A stretch of 64,000 bases of DNA from an uncultured Bifidobacteriaceae bacterium (GTDB lineage Bacteria > Acidobacteriota > Vicinamibacteria > Vicinamibacterales > JAMQPK01), in contig CAYHHH010000001.1 in NCBI GenBank assembly GCA_964356125.1, positions 1,197 to 65,196 of the forward strand, written 5' to 3'. The first letter of the stretch is position 1. Each line of letters opens with the position of its first letter. Position numbers and translations under genes: made by a program. Below, piece after piece: positions 17,906-27,582 of this stretch. Under the pieces are notes generated by a model, which did no database searches, was not told where the DNA came from, and saw nothing but the letters and a program-made list of their open reading frames with translations.

Positions 17906-19098
17906 AACCAGAAGTGCAGCTGCGCGGCGAACAGGCCGAGGCTCGTGATCCGTCCGCCATCGCGCCAGTTGTGTTGATACGTGCCCTTCGCGAGCAGGTT
18001 TCGGCGGATGTAATAGCCGACGCCCGTCTCGAGGCGCGTGACCGGCGCATCCCACGAACGAGTTTCAAACGACGCCGCCAACTCGCTGAACGTGAGGCGA
18101 TCGATGCGGCTCGCGACGAACACGCCTGGGGAGATCTTGTACCGCCCTTCGAGGAACGCGCTCGTCGCGTCGAGCGGGCGCGTGAGCGTCGGCACCTGCC
18201 ACCGGTTCCAGATCAGCTCCCCGCGCAGCATCCAGTGATCGCGCGAGTACTCCGCGTCGGCGCCGAGCGCCTGCTGCGTGGATCCCGCCGTGCCGGCCAG
18301 CAGCGTCGCGGTTGCAAGCGCCGCGTCGGCGACATACACGCCTCGCGCCGCGGACCCGCCGACGGACAGGGCGGGTGTCGGCCGCCAGGCGACCCGGCCG
18401 GCGATCTGCTTCCCGCCGTTGTTGTCGCGCGTCCGCGGGTCGGACGTGGTGCCGTTGGTGAGCGCCGCGCTCGCATTGAACGTCTCCGGCCCGACGCGCA
18501 CCTGCACGCCGGTATCCCAGCGAAACGCCGTCATCAGCGGCATGCCGGGCGCAATCTCGAGCGATCCGATGGGATAGCTCGGCCGCCATCCCCGCGCCCG
18601 CATGCGCAGCACATCATCCGTCGATGCGGGAAGGGCATCAGGGCGAACCGCGGTCAGGTACTGGTAGGCGAGCGGATAGCCAATCAGCGGATTGCCCGCG
18701 CCGTACTCACGCCGTGCGAACGCGCCGAAGGTCGGCGGAATGCGCCCGGCCTGAATGTCGATCGGTCGATCGCGCCACGGACGGACGCGCAGGTAGAGGG
18801 CATACGGTTTGACGGTGTCGCCGTTCTCGCTGCGAATCTCGGTGAGGATCGACACGCGATCGGTAAGCCGCACGTCCGCGTTGAGCGCGACGCGGAAGAG
18901 CCGCAGCGCGTTGTGCTCGTAGTCGGTGTAGTTGAACCACGCGCCCTCGGTGTCGTCCTGCGGCGTCAGCGAGATCGACACGTCGGCGCCGATGACGATC
19001 ATGCCGTTGGCGAGCGACACGGGGCCGGACGGGAGATCCTGCGCGCGCGCTGCAGTCGCCGCGCAGAGGCAGAGAAGGGCCAGACACGCCGGTCTCAT
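17902..19098 (-). CDS. hypothetical outer-membrane beta-barrel (porin-like) protein
   Basis: Signal peptide MRPACLALLCLCAATAARAQ. Alternating amphipathic strands and an aromatic-rich C-terminus ...AQLHFWL. No family recognised. Confidence 0.6.
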   Translation of the reverse strand: MRPACLALLCLCAATAARAQDLPSGPVSLANGMIVIGADVSISLTPQDDTEGAWFNYTDYEHNALRLFRVALNADVRLTDRVSILTEIRSENGDTVKPYALYLRVRPWRDRPIDIQAGRIPPTFGAFARREYGAGNPLIGYPLAYQYLTAVRPDALPASTDDVLRMRARGWRPSYPIGSLEIAPGMPLMTAFRWDTGVQVRVGPETFNASAALTNGTTSDPRTRDNNGGKQIAGRVAWRPTPALSVGGSAARGVYVADAALATATLLAGTAGSTQQALGADAEYSRDHWMLRGELIWNRWQVPTLTRPLDATSAFLEGRYKISPGVFVASRIDRLTFSELAASFETRSWDAPVTRLETGVGYYIRRNLLAKGTYQHNWRDGGRITSLGLFAAQLHFWL

Positions 19099-19123
19099 GA
19101 GTATCCCCATACTATAATCGGAT

Positions 19124-19147
19124 GGTCCGGCTGAAGCCGGACACTAC
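19124..19147 (-). repeat. REP-like hairpin
   Basis: GGTCCGGC-TGAA-GCCGGACACTAC, between divergent start codons. Confidence 0.65.
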
Positions 19148-19155
19148 CTACTTAT

Positions 19156-19416
<261 letters not shown>

Positions 19417-19429
19417 AATACAGATCAAA

Positions 19430-19966
19430 ATGGGACTCATCGATCATAAGTTCGAAGACAATTTCATCACGACCAACGTCGATCGCATCCTGACGTGGGC
19501 GCGTGAGAACTCGCTGTGGCCGATGGGCTTCGGCCTCGCGTGCTGCGCCATCGAGATGATGGCGGCGTCAGCCTCGCGCTTCGACATCTCGCGGTTCGGC
19601 GCTGAAGTGTTCCGCGCGTCGCCGCGGCAATCGGACCTGCTGATCGTCGCCGGCACCGTGACGAAGAAGATGGCTCCCGTGCTGCGGCGTCTCTACGATC
19701 AGATGCCGGAGCCGAAATGGGTCATCTCCATGGGCAGCTGCTCGAACGCCGGCGGACCGTTCCCGACCTACAGCGTGCTCCAGGGGGTCGACAAGATCGT
19801 GCCGGTCGACGTCTACGTGTCCGGATGCCCGCCGCGCCCCGAAGCGCTGCTCTACGGGCTGATGCGGCTGCAGGACAAGATTCGCAAAGAGAACACGGTG
19901 CTCCGCAAGGAGCGCGTCATCATGTCGGGAGACTCCGAACCGACGCTCGTGGGTGACCGGTCATGA
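19430..19966 (+). CDS. nuoB: NADH-quinone oxidoreductase subunit B
   Basis: [20 protein letters not shown] and [15 protein letters not shown] supply the four N2-cluster cysteines. Confidence 0.9.
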   Translation: MGLIDHKFEDNFITTNVDRILTWARENSLWPMGFGLACCAIEMMAASASRFDISRFGAEVFRASPRQSDLLIVAGTVTKKMAPVLRRLYDQMPEPKWVISMGSCSNAGGPFPTYSVLQGVDKIVPVDVYVSGCPPRPEALLYGLMRLQDKIRKENTVLRKERVIMSGDSEPTLVGDRS

Positions 19967-20424
19967 TGAAGCTGCTGCGCATGATCTTTCTCGTCGATCT
20001 GGTCAAGGGGCTGTGGCTCACGTTGAAGTACACGCCGCAGCCGGCCTTTACGTTCCAGTATCCGGCCGAGCGGCGCCCCGTCGCGCCGAGGTTCCGCGGC
20101 GTGCTGCGCCTGCAGGTCGAGCCCGAGTCGGGCGCCCAGACGTGCATCGTCTGCGACCAGTGCGCGAAGGCGTGCCCGGACGATCTCATCGCGCTCGGCG
20201 GACATCGCGAGCCCGGACAGAAAATCAAAATTCTGGATTACTTCGATTTCAACCTCTCACGCTGCAGCTTCTGCGGCCTCTGCGCCGAGGTTTGCCCGAC
20301 GAAACCGATCAAAGCGCTCGTCATGAGTGAGGATTACGAATTGGGTACCTACAGCCGCGAAACGCAGATTCTGCGTATCGACGAGATGTATGACGGGGTG
20401 CCGATAGAACAGTACACGCGCTAA
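19963..20424 (+). CDS. nuoI: NADH-quinone oxidoreductase subunit I-like 2x[4Fe-4S] protein
   Basis: [12 protein letters not shown] and [12 protein letters not shown] motifs in a NuoI-like N-terminal context. ATGA overlap with nuoB. Confidence 0.85.
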   Translation: MMKLLRMIFLVDLVKGLWLTLKYTPQPAFTFQYPAERRPVAPRFRGVLRLQVEPESGAQTCIVCDQCAKACPDDLIALGGHREPGQKIKILDYFDFNLSRCSFCGLCAEVCPTKPIKALVMSEDYELGTYSRETQILRIDEMYDGVPIEQYTR

Positions 20425-20431
20425 CGCGCGT

Positions 20432-20508
20432 GTAGGTTCCAGGTTCCTGTTCCGGTTCCTGTTCGAACCCGGAACTTGGAACTGGAACCCGGAACCCGAA
20501 TCCCCTAC
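20432..20508. repeat. palindromic short-period array, GGTTCC/GGAACC family
   Basis: GTAGGTTCCAGGTTCCTGTTCCGGTTCCTGTTC | GAACCCGGAACTTGGAACTGGAACCCGGAACCC..CTAC, between nuoI and the TPR-protease gene. Confidence 0.9.
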
Positions 20509-20543
20509 AATCCAAAGAATCAATTAGTTAACCAAGAGGGGCT

Positions 20544-22073
20544 ATGTACTCAGTCCTCAGGCTGGTTCCCATCGCCGCGGCGGTTGTGGCGGTGGTCGCG
20601 CTCTCACCGGCCGCGTCGGCGATTTCCCCGGAAACCGCGTATGTCCAGCTTCAGCTCGCCAAGCTGCTGTTTACGGACGGCCGCTACACCGAAGCGTTCA
20701 ACGCGTTCGAGCAGGTCAAGGGTCACGATGATGCGCGCATCAAGCGCGAGGCGCTGACCGGCAGCGTCAAGTCGTCGCTGCGCCTCGGGGATTTCACGCA
20801 CGCGTACGCCGATGGCCAGATGCTGGCGCGAAGCTCTCCCGCGAACCCTGAGTCGCTGGCGAACTATGCTGACGCGCTGTGGGCCGTCGGGTTGTTCGAG
20901 GACGCTGAAAAGAAATTCGAGGACTCGCTGGCGATTCAGAAGGACAACGGCCGCGCGCTGCACGGTCTCGCGCGCAGCCTCGCCGCGCGCAACCGGCTGG
21001 ATGACGCGTTGAGCACCGCGCAGGCGGCGCTCAATAAGGATCCGCGCGACGCCGAGTTCCATCACACCGTTGGATCGATCTACGAGCGGATGCGGCGTTA
21101 CGAAGAGGCTGCGAACGCCTACTCGAGCTATATCAACCTGCTGCCGAACAAGGACCGCAGCGCGAAAGCGGCGTGGGCGCGTGCGGAAGTGCGCTTCCTG
21201 CGCGCGTTCGGGTCGCGGCCGCCCCTCAACATCGAGCCGGGTGCGGCCGGCCGGCTCCACACCATGCCGTTCCGGGTGCTGAACGAGAAGATCATCGTCA
21301 AGGTACGGGTCAACCGCGGCCCGCAAATGGACTTCGTGCTCGACACCGGATCTGAGCAGGCGGTCATCTCGCGTGAGACCGCCGCGCGCATGGGCATCCG
21401 TCCCATCGTCAACATTCTGAGCGCGGGCGTCGGCGATCTCGGCGTGCGCGAGCTCGAGCTCGCGCGGCTCGACGAGCTGGAAATCGGATCGCTCAAAGTC
21501 CAGAACGTGCCGACGATCATCAAGAACCCGCCGCTCGTCGGCCTGCCGACGCGCGAGATGGAAAGCTTCTCGCCGCTGGCGCTGGGCATGTCGGTCATCA
21601 TCGACTACGACCGGCAGGAGCTCGTCATGGGTGCCTCGCTGCCGACCGAAACGGCCGACATCGAGCTGCCGTTGCGGATGCACCGCCTCGCGATGGTGCC
21701 GGGACAGGTGGGGGGCGGATCGGCGAGCTTCATCCTTGACACCGGCGGCCAGGTCATCTCCATCAGCACCGACACGGCGAGCGGTCTCGAGCGCGGCGAG
21801 ATGCGGAACATTCCGCTGAAGGTGTACGGCGCGTCCGGGTGGGACCGTGACGCCTTCCTCATGCCGGGCGTCAACCTCGCCTTCACGAACAAGATCGAAT
21901 ACAAGAACCTGTCGGTCGTGGTGCTGAACCTGCGCGCGCCGAGCGTGCTGCTCGGCTTCAGGCTGGGCGGGATTGTCGGGTACAAGTTCCTGAGCCGCTA
22001 CCGGGTCGCGATCAACCTCGACAAGAGCATCGTGCAGCTGCAGACGCGGGCTCAGGCGAAACGGACGAACTAA
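20544..22073 (+). CDS. TPR-repeat protein with two retropepsin-like aspartyl-protease domains
   Basis: Signal peptide, then TPR-like helices in the N-terminal half. Two DTG motifs (VLDTGSEQAVIS and FILDTGGQVISIS). Confidence 0.7.
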   Translation: MYSVLRLVPIAAAVVAVVALSPAASAISPETAYVQLQLAKLLFTDGRYTEAFNAFEQVKGHDDARIKREALTGSVKSSLRLGDFTHAYADGQMLARSSPANPESLANYADALWAVGLFEDAEKKFEDSLAIQKDNGRALHGLARSLAARNRLDDALSTAQAALNKDPRDAEFHHTVGSIYERMRRYEEAANAYSSYINLLPNKDRSAKAAWARAEVRFLRAFGSRPPLNIEPGAAGRLHTMPFRVLNEKIIVKVRVNRGPQMDFVLDTGSEQAVISRETAARMGIRPIVNILSAGVGDLGVRELELARLDELEIGSLKVQNVPTIIKNPPLVGLPTREMESFSPLALGMSVIIDYDRQELVMGASLPTETADIELPLRMHRLAMVPGQVGGGSASFILDTGGQVISISTDTASGLERGEMRNIPLKVYGASGWDRDAFLMPGVNLAFTNKIEYKNLSVVVLNLRAPSVLLGFRLGGIVGYKFLSRYRVAINLDKSIVQLQTRAQAKRTN

Positions 22074-22112
22074 CTAACTACTGATCTAGGGATCTACTGA
22101 TCTATAGATCTC
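22071..22112. repeat. 8-nt-period array, GATCTA family
   Basis: TAACTAAC TACTGATC TAGGGATC TACTGATC TATAGATC. Covers both convergent stop codons. 22075-22096 is identical to 28456-28477. Confidence 0.85.
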
Positions 22113-22579
22113 GCGCGGCGCGCGAGATGCTCTGCGCGCCGCACCTCGGCCGCAGCCTGCTGCCGCTTCTCTTCATCGCTCACGACCAGGAGCGGCGGAA
22201 TCTCCGCTCGCGTGCCCTGCTTTTCCAGCGTGACGAACGTCAGATACGCGCGGCTCGTCAGCTGCCGTCGTCCCGTGAGCGCCTCCTCGGAGAACACCGT
22301 CACCTCGACCTCCAGCGACGTCCTGAACACCGCCGTCACGCGTGCCTTCAGCAGGATGAAGTCGCCGACCCTGATCGGATTCAGAAACTCGAGGCCGTCG
22401 ACCGCCGCCGTGACGACCAGTTCATGCGCGTGGCGGAACGCCGCGATCGCGGCCGCGATGTCGATGAGGTGCATGACGGCGCCTCCGAGCATGAACCCCA
22501 TCGGATTCGCGTCATTGGGCAGCACGACCTCGACCATCTCGGTGGCGGAGGCTGACGGCGGTTTCGGCTCGAGCGGCAT
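22094..22579 (-). CDS. acyl-CoA thioesterase (hotdog fold)
   Basis: Internal ATG at 22579. VLPNDANPMGFMLGGAVMHLID...TAAVDGLEFLNPIRVGD matches the pattern. Confidence 0.85.
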   Translation of the reverse strand: MPLEPKPPSASATEMVEVVLPNDANPMGFMLGGAVMHLIDIAAAIAAFRHAHELVVTAAVDGLEFLNPIRVGDFILLKARVTAVFRTSLEVEVTVFSEEALTGRRQLTSRAYLTFVTLEKQGTRAEIPPLLVVSDEEKRQQAAAEVRRAEHLARRARSIDQ

Positions 22580-22593
22580 GCGGAAGAGGATAC

Positions 22594-22827
22594 TCAGCTC
22601 GTGCAGCGATCGTCGAGAAAAGCTTTCAGCCGCAGTCGCAGCTCTTCTGGCAGGTCTTCTTCGTTGAGCGACTGCAGCAGCGCCACCGTCGATCGGAAAC
22701 TGCCGACGAATTCGCTGCACTCCGAGCATCCGCCGAGATGTTGTTCGAGATCGCTGCGCACATCCGCCGGCAGGCGGCCGTCGATGTAATCGGAAAGGAG
22801 GGAGACGATGCGAGGACAATCGGGCAT
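22594..22827 (-). CDS. zf-HC2 (anti-sigma-factor-type zinc finger) protein, soluble, 77 aa
   Basis: C-x23-H-x3-C-x2-C pattern (CPRIV...LEQHLGGCSECSEF). No TM segment and no adjacent sigma gene on this strand. Confidence 0.65.
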   Translation of the reverse strand: MPDCPRIVSLLSDYIDGRLPADVRSDLEQHLGGCSECSEFVGSFRSTVALLQSLNEEDLPEELRLRLKAFLDDRCTS

Positions 22828-22832
22828 GTGGT

Positions 22833-22908
22833 GTAAGTAGAAAGTAAGAAGTAAGACGTGAAAAGTAAAGGCTTACTTTCTACTTTCCACTTCTGACTTT
22901 CTACTTAC
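22833..22908. repeat. palindromic heptamer array, AGTAAGA family
   Basis: GTAAGTAGAAAGTAAGAAGTAAGACGTGAAAAGTAAAG | GCTTACTTTCTACTTTCCACTTCTGACTTTCTACTTAC, between two co-directional genes. Confidence 0.9.
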
Positions 22909-22917
22909 ATGGAACTC

Positions 22918-25900
22918 CTAAAAGTCGTACCCAATCCACGCGGTGAAGCGCGCCTTCCGGAATTCCGCGCTGTTGCCGTAGAGGTAGTTCTCCCAGTCCT
23001 TGTTGAACAGGGTGCGGTAGGACCAGTCGAAGTGGACCGGGAAGCCGAGCGCGAAGGTCTCGAGCCCGATGCCGTACGAGGCGCGCGCGTCCGCGAGGCG
23101 GAATCCCGAGATGCGCTGACTCGGCCGGGTGAGCACGCCCCGGTCGTCGGTCACGGGCGGCGTGATGAAGTCCGTCTTGTCGAAGATCTTGAACGGTTGC
23201 CCTTCGAATCCCGTTCCGCCGACGTTGAAGAAGAAGACGCCACGGATACCGCCGAGGATGCCGATCGGCGTCGCCATCGCGTGGATGAGCGGGAAACGGA
23301 GCTCGGAATTCAGGTAGAACCCTTTGTGGCCGAGGAACTCGCGGTACTCGTAGCCGCGCATTTCGGAGTTGCCGCCGAAGAACGTGTATCCGGGCGCCGT
23401 GCCCCAGCTCTTGAAGCCGTACGCCCGCACTGCGAATACGCCGTTGGCGCCAATCCGCGTGTAGTGGCGGGCGTCGGCATCGAGTGTCTGGCGCGACAGC
23501 GACTTGCCGACCTTCGGCGCGCCCTCGTACGACAGCCGCATCGTGCTGCCCGACAGCGGCCCGTACTCGCGGAAGATCGTCGTCTCCTGAATGAAGGCGA
23601 CGCCGAGCGGCAGCATCATGCCGCGATTGAAGAGCTGCGTGCCGAACTCCTCTTGCTGGTACCTGTCGGCTTCGGCCTGCAGGGTCGGATCGGCGTACTC
23701 TTCGGCGAAGTGCACGAGGCCGCCGGAGAGCTCGACGCGGCGATAGGTGCTGAGGGGATAGATGCCGAACATCGATCCGCCGCGCACGGTCTGGGTCGCG
23801 AGTGCATCCTGACGGCTGATGTACGGTGCAATCGCCGGATCGTACAAATACTGCGACAGCTGCCCGTAGAAGAACTGGGTCTGCGAATAGCCCTGCAGCG
23901 CGAACTGGAAGCGCCGCGAAAGGTTCAAGTACGAGAACGACAGCGTCTTGTACTGCTGTACCGACGACGCATACATGCTGAACTGCTGGTCGCCGAGCAC
24001 GTCGGTGAACGACACCATCGATCCGCCGAACACGTCGCCACCGCTCGTGACGCCGACGTTCACCGGCGGCCGGCCGTCGAGGAACATCTTGTCGAACCGC
24101 CCCTTCTTCGACTTGTTCTCGGCGACGAGCGTGTGCTGCAGCGGCGCCTGGAAGTCGGTGATGGGCCCGGGCGTGCCGAAGTCGGCCGACGCAGCCGTAT
24201 GCAGCGGTTCCTTGAGATCGTAGGTGTGCAGCGTGTAACCGCCCTTGTAGTAGCCGACGAACGCGAGTCGCGGTGCCGCCCCGTCTTTCGACAGCACGAC
24301 TGGCGACAGCACGCCGCCGAGCGCGTCGGTGTACTGCCGCAGCTCGCCGTTCTTCAGGCTGAGCGACCACAGGTTGAAGATGTTGCCGTTACGCGCCACG
24401 TCGGGCGTCAGCGGCGTCGCCGGATCGGTCGCCGTCGACGCGAAGACGATCGTGTCGGCGTTGATGAACTTCGCCGACGCTTCGTCCTGCGTGCCGAAGG
24501 TCAGCTGCGTCTTCTTCCCATCCGCATCGAGCCGGAACAGCTTCTGCGAACCGCTGACGCGCGCCATGTAGACGATGAAGCTGCCGTCGGGCGAGTGGAT
24601 GGGCGCGTAATCCGCGAAATTGTCGTTCGTCAGGTTCGTGATGTCGCCGGTGTTGATATCGAGCTTGAAGATGTCGCCGGTGGCGCTGCGCAGGCCGCTG
24701 AAGAGCACCGTGCTGCCGTCGGGCGAGATGTTCGGCGATTCCGGGTTGTCGACGCTCTCGAGCGGGAACCGGTGCTCGATCTTGCCGGTGAGCACGTTCT
24801 GGATAATCAGCGTCTTGTGCTTCTCGTTGCGCACGAAGTAGGCGAGGCGATCGCCCACGGGCGACCACGACATCCACGGCACCATGTTGCTGAGGCTCGG
24901 CTGCGCGATGTACTCGAACCCGCGGTCCATGTCGAAGCCGGACGTGAGATTCTTCATGACCGCGCCGTCCTTCGTCGAGACGAGGATGATGTCGAGCTCC
25001 TGGTCGCGGCGGTTGCCGGTCATGACGGCGATGAGATCGCCCGACGGCGACGGCTCGATCGAGATCGAGCTCGTGTAGGGCGACTTTTCCGGATCGGGTG
25101 AGAGGTCCTGGCCGTAGTCGGCCGGCCGCTCCTTGTCGCGGAACGCCTTGAAGCGGTCTTTCAGATATTTCTCGAACTGCTGGTCGAACTCGCGCGCCGT
25201 CATCTGGAACGCTTCTTCGTACGGGCTCGACCCGCCGCCGATGGCGCTCTTGCGCAGCGAGAAGAGGAACTGCCGGACGCCGTCCTTGCCCCAGCGCGCT
25301 TCGATGAACTCGTAGAGCGCATGGCCGAGGTTATAGACCAGACGCGGACTGCCGAAGTCGCCGTAGCCCTCCATCTGGCTCATGCGCGGGATGATGTCGG
25401 CGACCGCGGCGTCGCGCACCGTCATGAGATCGAGCGGATCCCAGATGCCGCGCTCGTATTCCGCGCCCCCTTCATGCACCCACAACGGGATGTTGCGGCG
25501 GAGCAGCGACATGGGGATGAAGTCGTACTGGAAGACGTGCGTCAGCTCGTGCACGATCAGCCCGTAGAGCAGGTCGGACGGCAGATCGATCGGCAGCACC
25601 ATGCGGTTGCGCTCGCCTTCGGCAAACGCGAGCACCCCTTCCTGTGCGGCGCCGGGCGCGATGTTCTGCTGCTCGAACTCGCTGTGCGTCTTGAAGATGA
25701 TGAGCGGCACGCGCTGGTTGAGGTCGTGCCGGAGGTCGGAGCTGACCTGCTGATACGCGCTCTCGGCGTAGCTGGCGACCCGCTCGAGATGCCGCTCGTT
25801 CTCCGGGTAGTAATAGATCTCGAAGTGGTCGGTCTTGTAGATGTGCCACTCGAACTGGTCGTAGTGGATCTGGTTCTTGCCGTAATACGGCGCCATCTGC

Positions 25901-26058
25901 GATTGCTTGTTGACCGAGGAGCTTTGCGCGTGGAGGTGCGACCACGAGCACAGCAGCCCCGGCGTCAGCCGCTGCGCGCGCGACTCACCTGCGGTTGCCA
26001 GAATGACGAGAGCGGCGAACAGGCAGATGGAAGCACAGTGCGTGACGCGCATGCGCAT
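22918..26058 (-). CDS. large outer-membrane protein: MA-type zinc-peptidase-like domain + TolB-like PD40 beta-propeller + C-terminal Omp85/surface-antigen barrel
   Basis: ATG 26058 after GAGGTG, with signal peptide ...AGESRAQ. HELTHVFQ motif. PD40-like repeats (WSPVGDRLAYF, ISPDGSTVLFSG, HSPDGSFIVYMA). C-terminal GGNSEMRGYEY...TAWIGYDF. Confidence 0.8.
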   Translation of the reverse strand: MRMRVTHCASICLFAALVILATAGESRAQRLTPGLLCSWSHLHAQSSSVNKQSQMAPYYGKNQIHYDQFEWHIYKTDHFEIYYYPENERHLERVASYAESAYQQVSSDLRHDLNQRVPLIIFKTHSEFEQQNIAPGAAQEGVLAFAEGERNRMVLPIDLPSDLLYGLIVHELTHVFQYDFIPMSLLRRNIPLWVHEGGAEYERGIWDPLDLMTVRDAAVADIIPRMSQMEGYGDFGSPRLVYNLGHALYEFIEARWGKDGVRQFLFSLRKSAIGGGSSPYEEAFQMTAREFDQQFEKYLKDRFKAFRDKERPADYGQDLSPDPEKSPYTSSISIEPSPSGDLIAVMTGNRRDQELDIILVSTKDGAVMKNLTSGFDMDRGFEYIAQPSLSNMVPWMSWSPVGDRLAYFVRNEKHKTLIIQNVLTGKIEHRFPLESVDNPESPNISPDGSTVLFSGLRSATGDIFKLDINTGDITNLTNDNFADYAPIHSPDGSFIVYMARVSGSQKLFRLDADGKKTQLTFGTQDEASAKFINADTIVFASTATDPATPLTPDVARNGNIFNLWSLSLKNGELRQYTDALGGVLSPVVLSKDGAAPRLAFVGYYKGGYTLHTYDLKEPLHTAASADFGTPGPITDFQAPLQHTLVAENKSKKGRFDKMFLDGRPPVNVGVTSGGDVFGGSMVSFTDVLGDQQFSMYASSVQQYKTLSFSYLNLSRRFQFALQGYSQTQFFYGQLSQYLYDPAIAPYISRQDALATQTVRGGSMFGIYPLSTYRRVELSGGLVHFAEEYADPTLQAEADRYQQEEFGTQLFNRGMMLPLGVAFIQETTIFREYGPLSGSTMRLSYEGAPKVGKSLSRQTLDADARHYTRIGANGVFAVRAYGFKSWGTAPGYTFFGGNSEMRGYEYREFLGHKGFYLNSELRFPLIHAMATPIGILGGIRGVFFFNVGGTGFEGQPFKIFDKTDFITPPVTDDRGVLTRPSQRISGFRLADARASYGIGLETFALGFPVHFDWSYRTLFNKDWENYLYGNSAEFRKARFTAWIGYDF

Positions 26059-26147
26059 ACGAGCACCTCGTGAAATTAATGGACCGGCCACTGATGAATT
26101 CCCGCGATCTTACTGTGAAGACACAGGTATCGCAACGATTCCGAACG

Positions 26148-26163
26148 AGCAATAGGCATACCA
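26148..26163 (-). promoter_or_regulatory. sigma-54-type promoter upstream of the peptidase/PD40/Omp85 fusion gene
   Basis: The minus strand reads TGGTATGCCTATTGCT. Predicted +1 near 26137, ATG 26058. Confidence 0.4.
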
Positions 26164-26290
26164 CCGCGTTGATGCGAATTCGCTGGCAAACCGGAAATCC
26201 GCCACCGCGGATTTACGTATTTCGGCCTGTTTCGGACACAGCACGTTGACCCCTTCAGGGGAATATACTCGTCAGTGGTCCGGCGCTTTC

Positions 26291-26827
26291 ATGCCTTCCG
26301 CATTTGAAACCGACGCGTTGAGTCATCTCGACAGCCTGTACGGCACGGCGCTGCGCCTCACGCGCAACGAAGCGGACGCGCAGGACCTCGTCCAGGACAC
26401 CTACGTGAAGGCGTTTCGCGCGCGCCGGCAGTTCAAGGCCGGCACCAATCTCAAGGCGTGGCTGTTTACGATCCTCCACAACACGTTCCGCAACCGCCGC
26501 CGCGACATCGGCCGCGATCCGGTCGAGGTCGACAGCGACCGCGTCGACCTGGCGGCCCCCGCCGATCCGGGGGACTCGCCCGAAGAGCACCTGTTGCGCG
26601 AGGCGATGGGGCCCGACCTGCAGGCCGCCCTGGATGCCCTGCCGGAAGCCTTCCGCGAGGCGGTCTGGCTGCGTGACGTCGAGGAATTTCCCTATGCGGA
26701 AATCGCCGAAATGCTCGGGATTCCTGTCGGCACGGTGATGTCCCGGATCTCCCGGGGGCGTCGTATGCTCTATGACACGATGGTGGGGAAAAATATTGAA
26801 CCGGCCCAGCGGAAAGTCTCGTCCTAA
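26291..26827 (+). CDS. ECF-type RNA polymerase sigma-70 factor
   Basis: Region 2 (DLVQDTYVKAFRA...NLKAWLFTILHNTFRNRRR) and region 4 (FPYAEIAEMLGIPVGTVMSRISRGR). ATG 26291 preferred over TTG 26246. Confidence 0.9.
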   Translation: MPSAFETDALSHLDSLYGTALRLTRNEADAQDLVQDTYVKAFRARRQFKAGTNLKAWLFTILHNTFRNRRRDIGRDPVEVDSDRVDLAAPADPGDSPEEHLLREAMGPDLQAALDALPEAFREAVWLRDVEEFPYAEIAEMLGIPVGTVMSRISRGRRMLYDTMVGKNIEPAQRKVSS

Positions 26828-26838
26828 AGGCAGCATCA

Positions 26839-27582
26839 ATGCCTAGTTGCCGGGAGATCGATCCGCTCTTTGCGCCCTACATCGACGGCGAGGCAACCGC
26901 CGACCAGCGGGCCATGGTCGACGCGCACCTGAAGGCGTGTCCGAAGTGCCGGCACCAGACCGCGCTGCAGTCTGCGGTGCGCGAGTCGGTCCGCACCAAG
27001 CTGTGCCGGCCCTTCGCGCCGGAGGAGCTGCGGACGCGCTGTCGCGCTGCCGCCCGGGCCCGCTGGATAATGATGGGGCCGTTCGGCACCACGCGCTCCA
27101 CACTGGCATCGCTCGCCCTTGCCGCCGCCCTCGTGTTCGTCGTGGGCGGCGTTTTGCTGTACGCCCTCACGGGTCTCTCGCCTGCGGTCCTCGCCGCGCA
27201 GCTGACGCTCGACCATGTGAAGTGCTTCGCGGTGCACGACGCGGACGCGCCGGTCGACGTGCGCGCGAGCGAGGAACAATACGCGCGCGAGTACGGCGCC
27301 GACGTGCACCTGCCGCGCGCGGCGGTCGCCGGGCTGCGGCTCGTCGGCATGCGCCGCTGCTTCTGCGGCGAAGGGGCCGCGGCGCACGCGATGTATCGCC
27401 TGCACGGCCGTCCCGTGTCGCTGTACGTCATTCCCGATGCAAGCCGCGAGCGCGCGTCGACCGACGTGTTCGGGCACGACGCGGTGATCTGGTCGACAGA
27501 CAACGTCACATACGTGCTCCTTGGGAAGGAGCCGCGCGCGGCGCTCGAAGCGCTGGCAGCGGACATGGAACGCGCGCAATGA
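26839..27582 (+). CDS. anti-sigma factor (zf-HC2, single TM)
   Basis: N-terminal CREIDPLF...HLKACPKCRH zinc-finger motif and a central TM helix. Located 12 nt after the sigma gene. Confidence 0.8.
   Translation: MPSCREIDPLFAPYIDGEATADQRAMVDAHLKACPKCRHQTALQSAVRESVRTKLCRPFAPEELRTRCRAAARARWIMMGPFGTTRSTLASLALAAALVFVVGGVLLYALTGLSPAVLAAQLTLDHVKCFAVHDADAPVDVRASEEQYAREYGADVHLPRAAVAGLRLVGMRRCFCGEGAAAHAMYRLHGRPVSLYVIPDASRERASTDVFGHDAVIWSTDNVTYVLLGKEPRAALEALAADMERAQ

Noticed and set aside
26193-26219. ECF-type autoregulated promoter GGAAAT-N17-CGTA upstream of the ECF sigma gene.
   Set aside because: It is only a loose match to ECF consensus types, and the same bases form an inverted repeat (AAATCCGC..GCGGATTT). 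It cannot be supported without a family-specific motif or TSS data.
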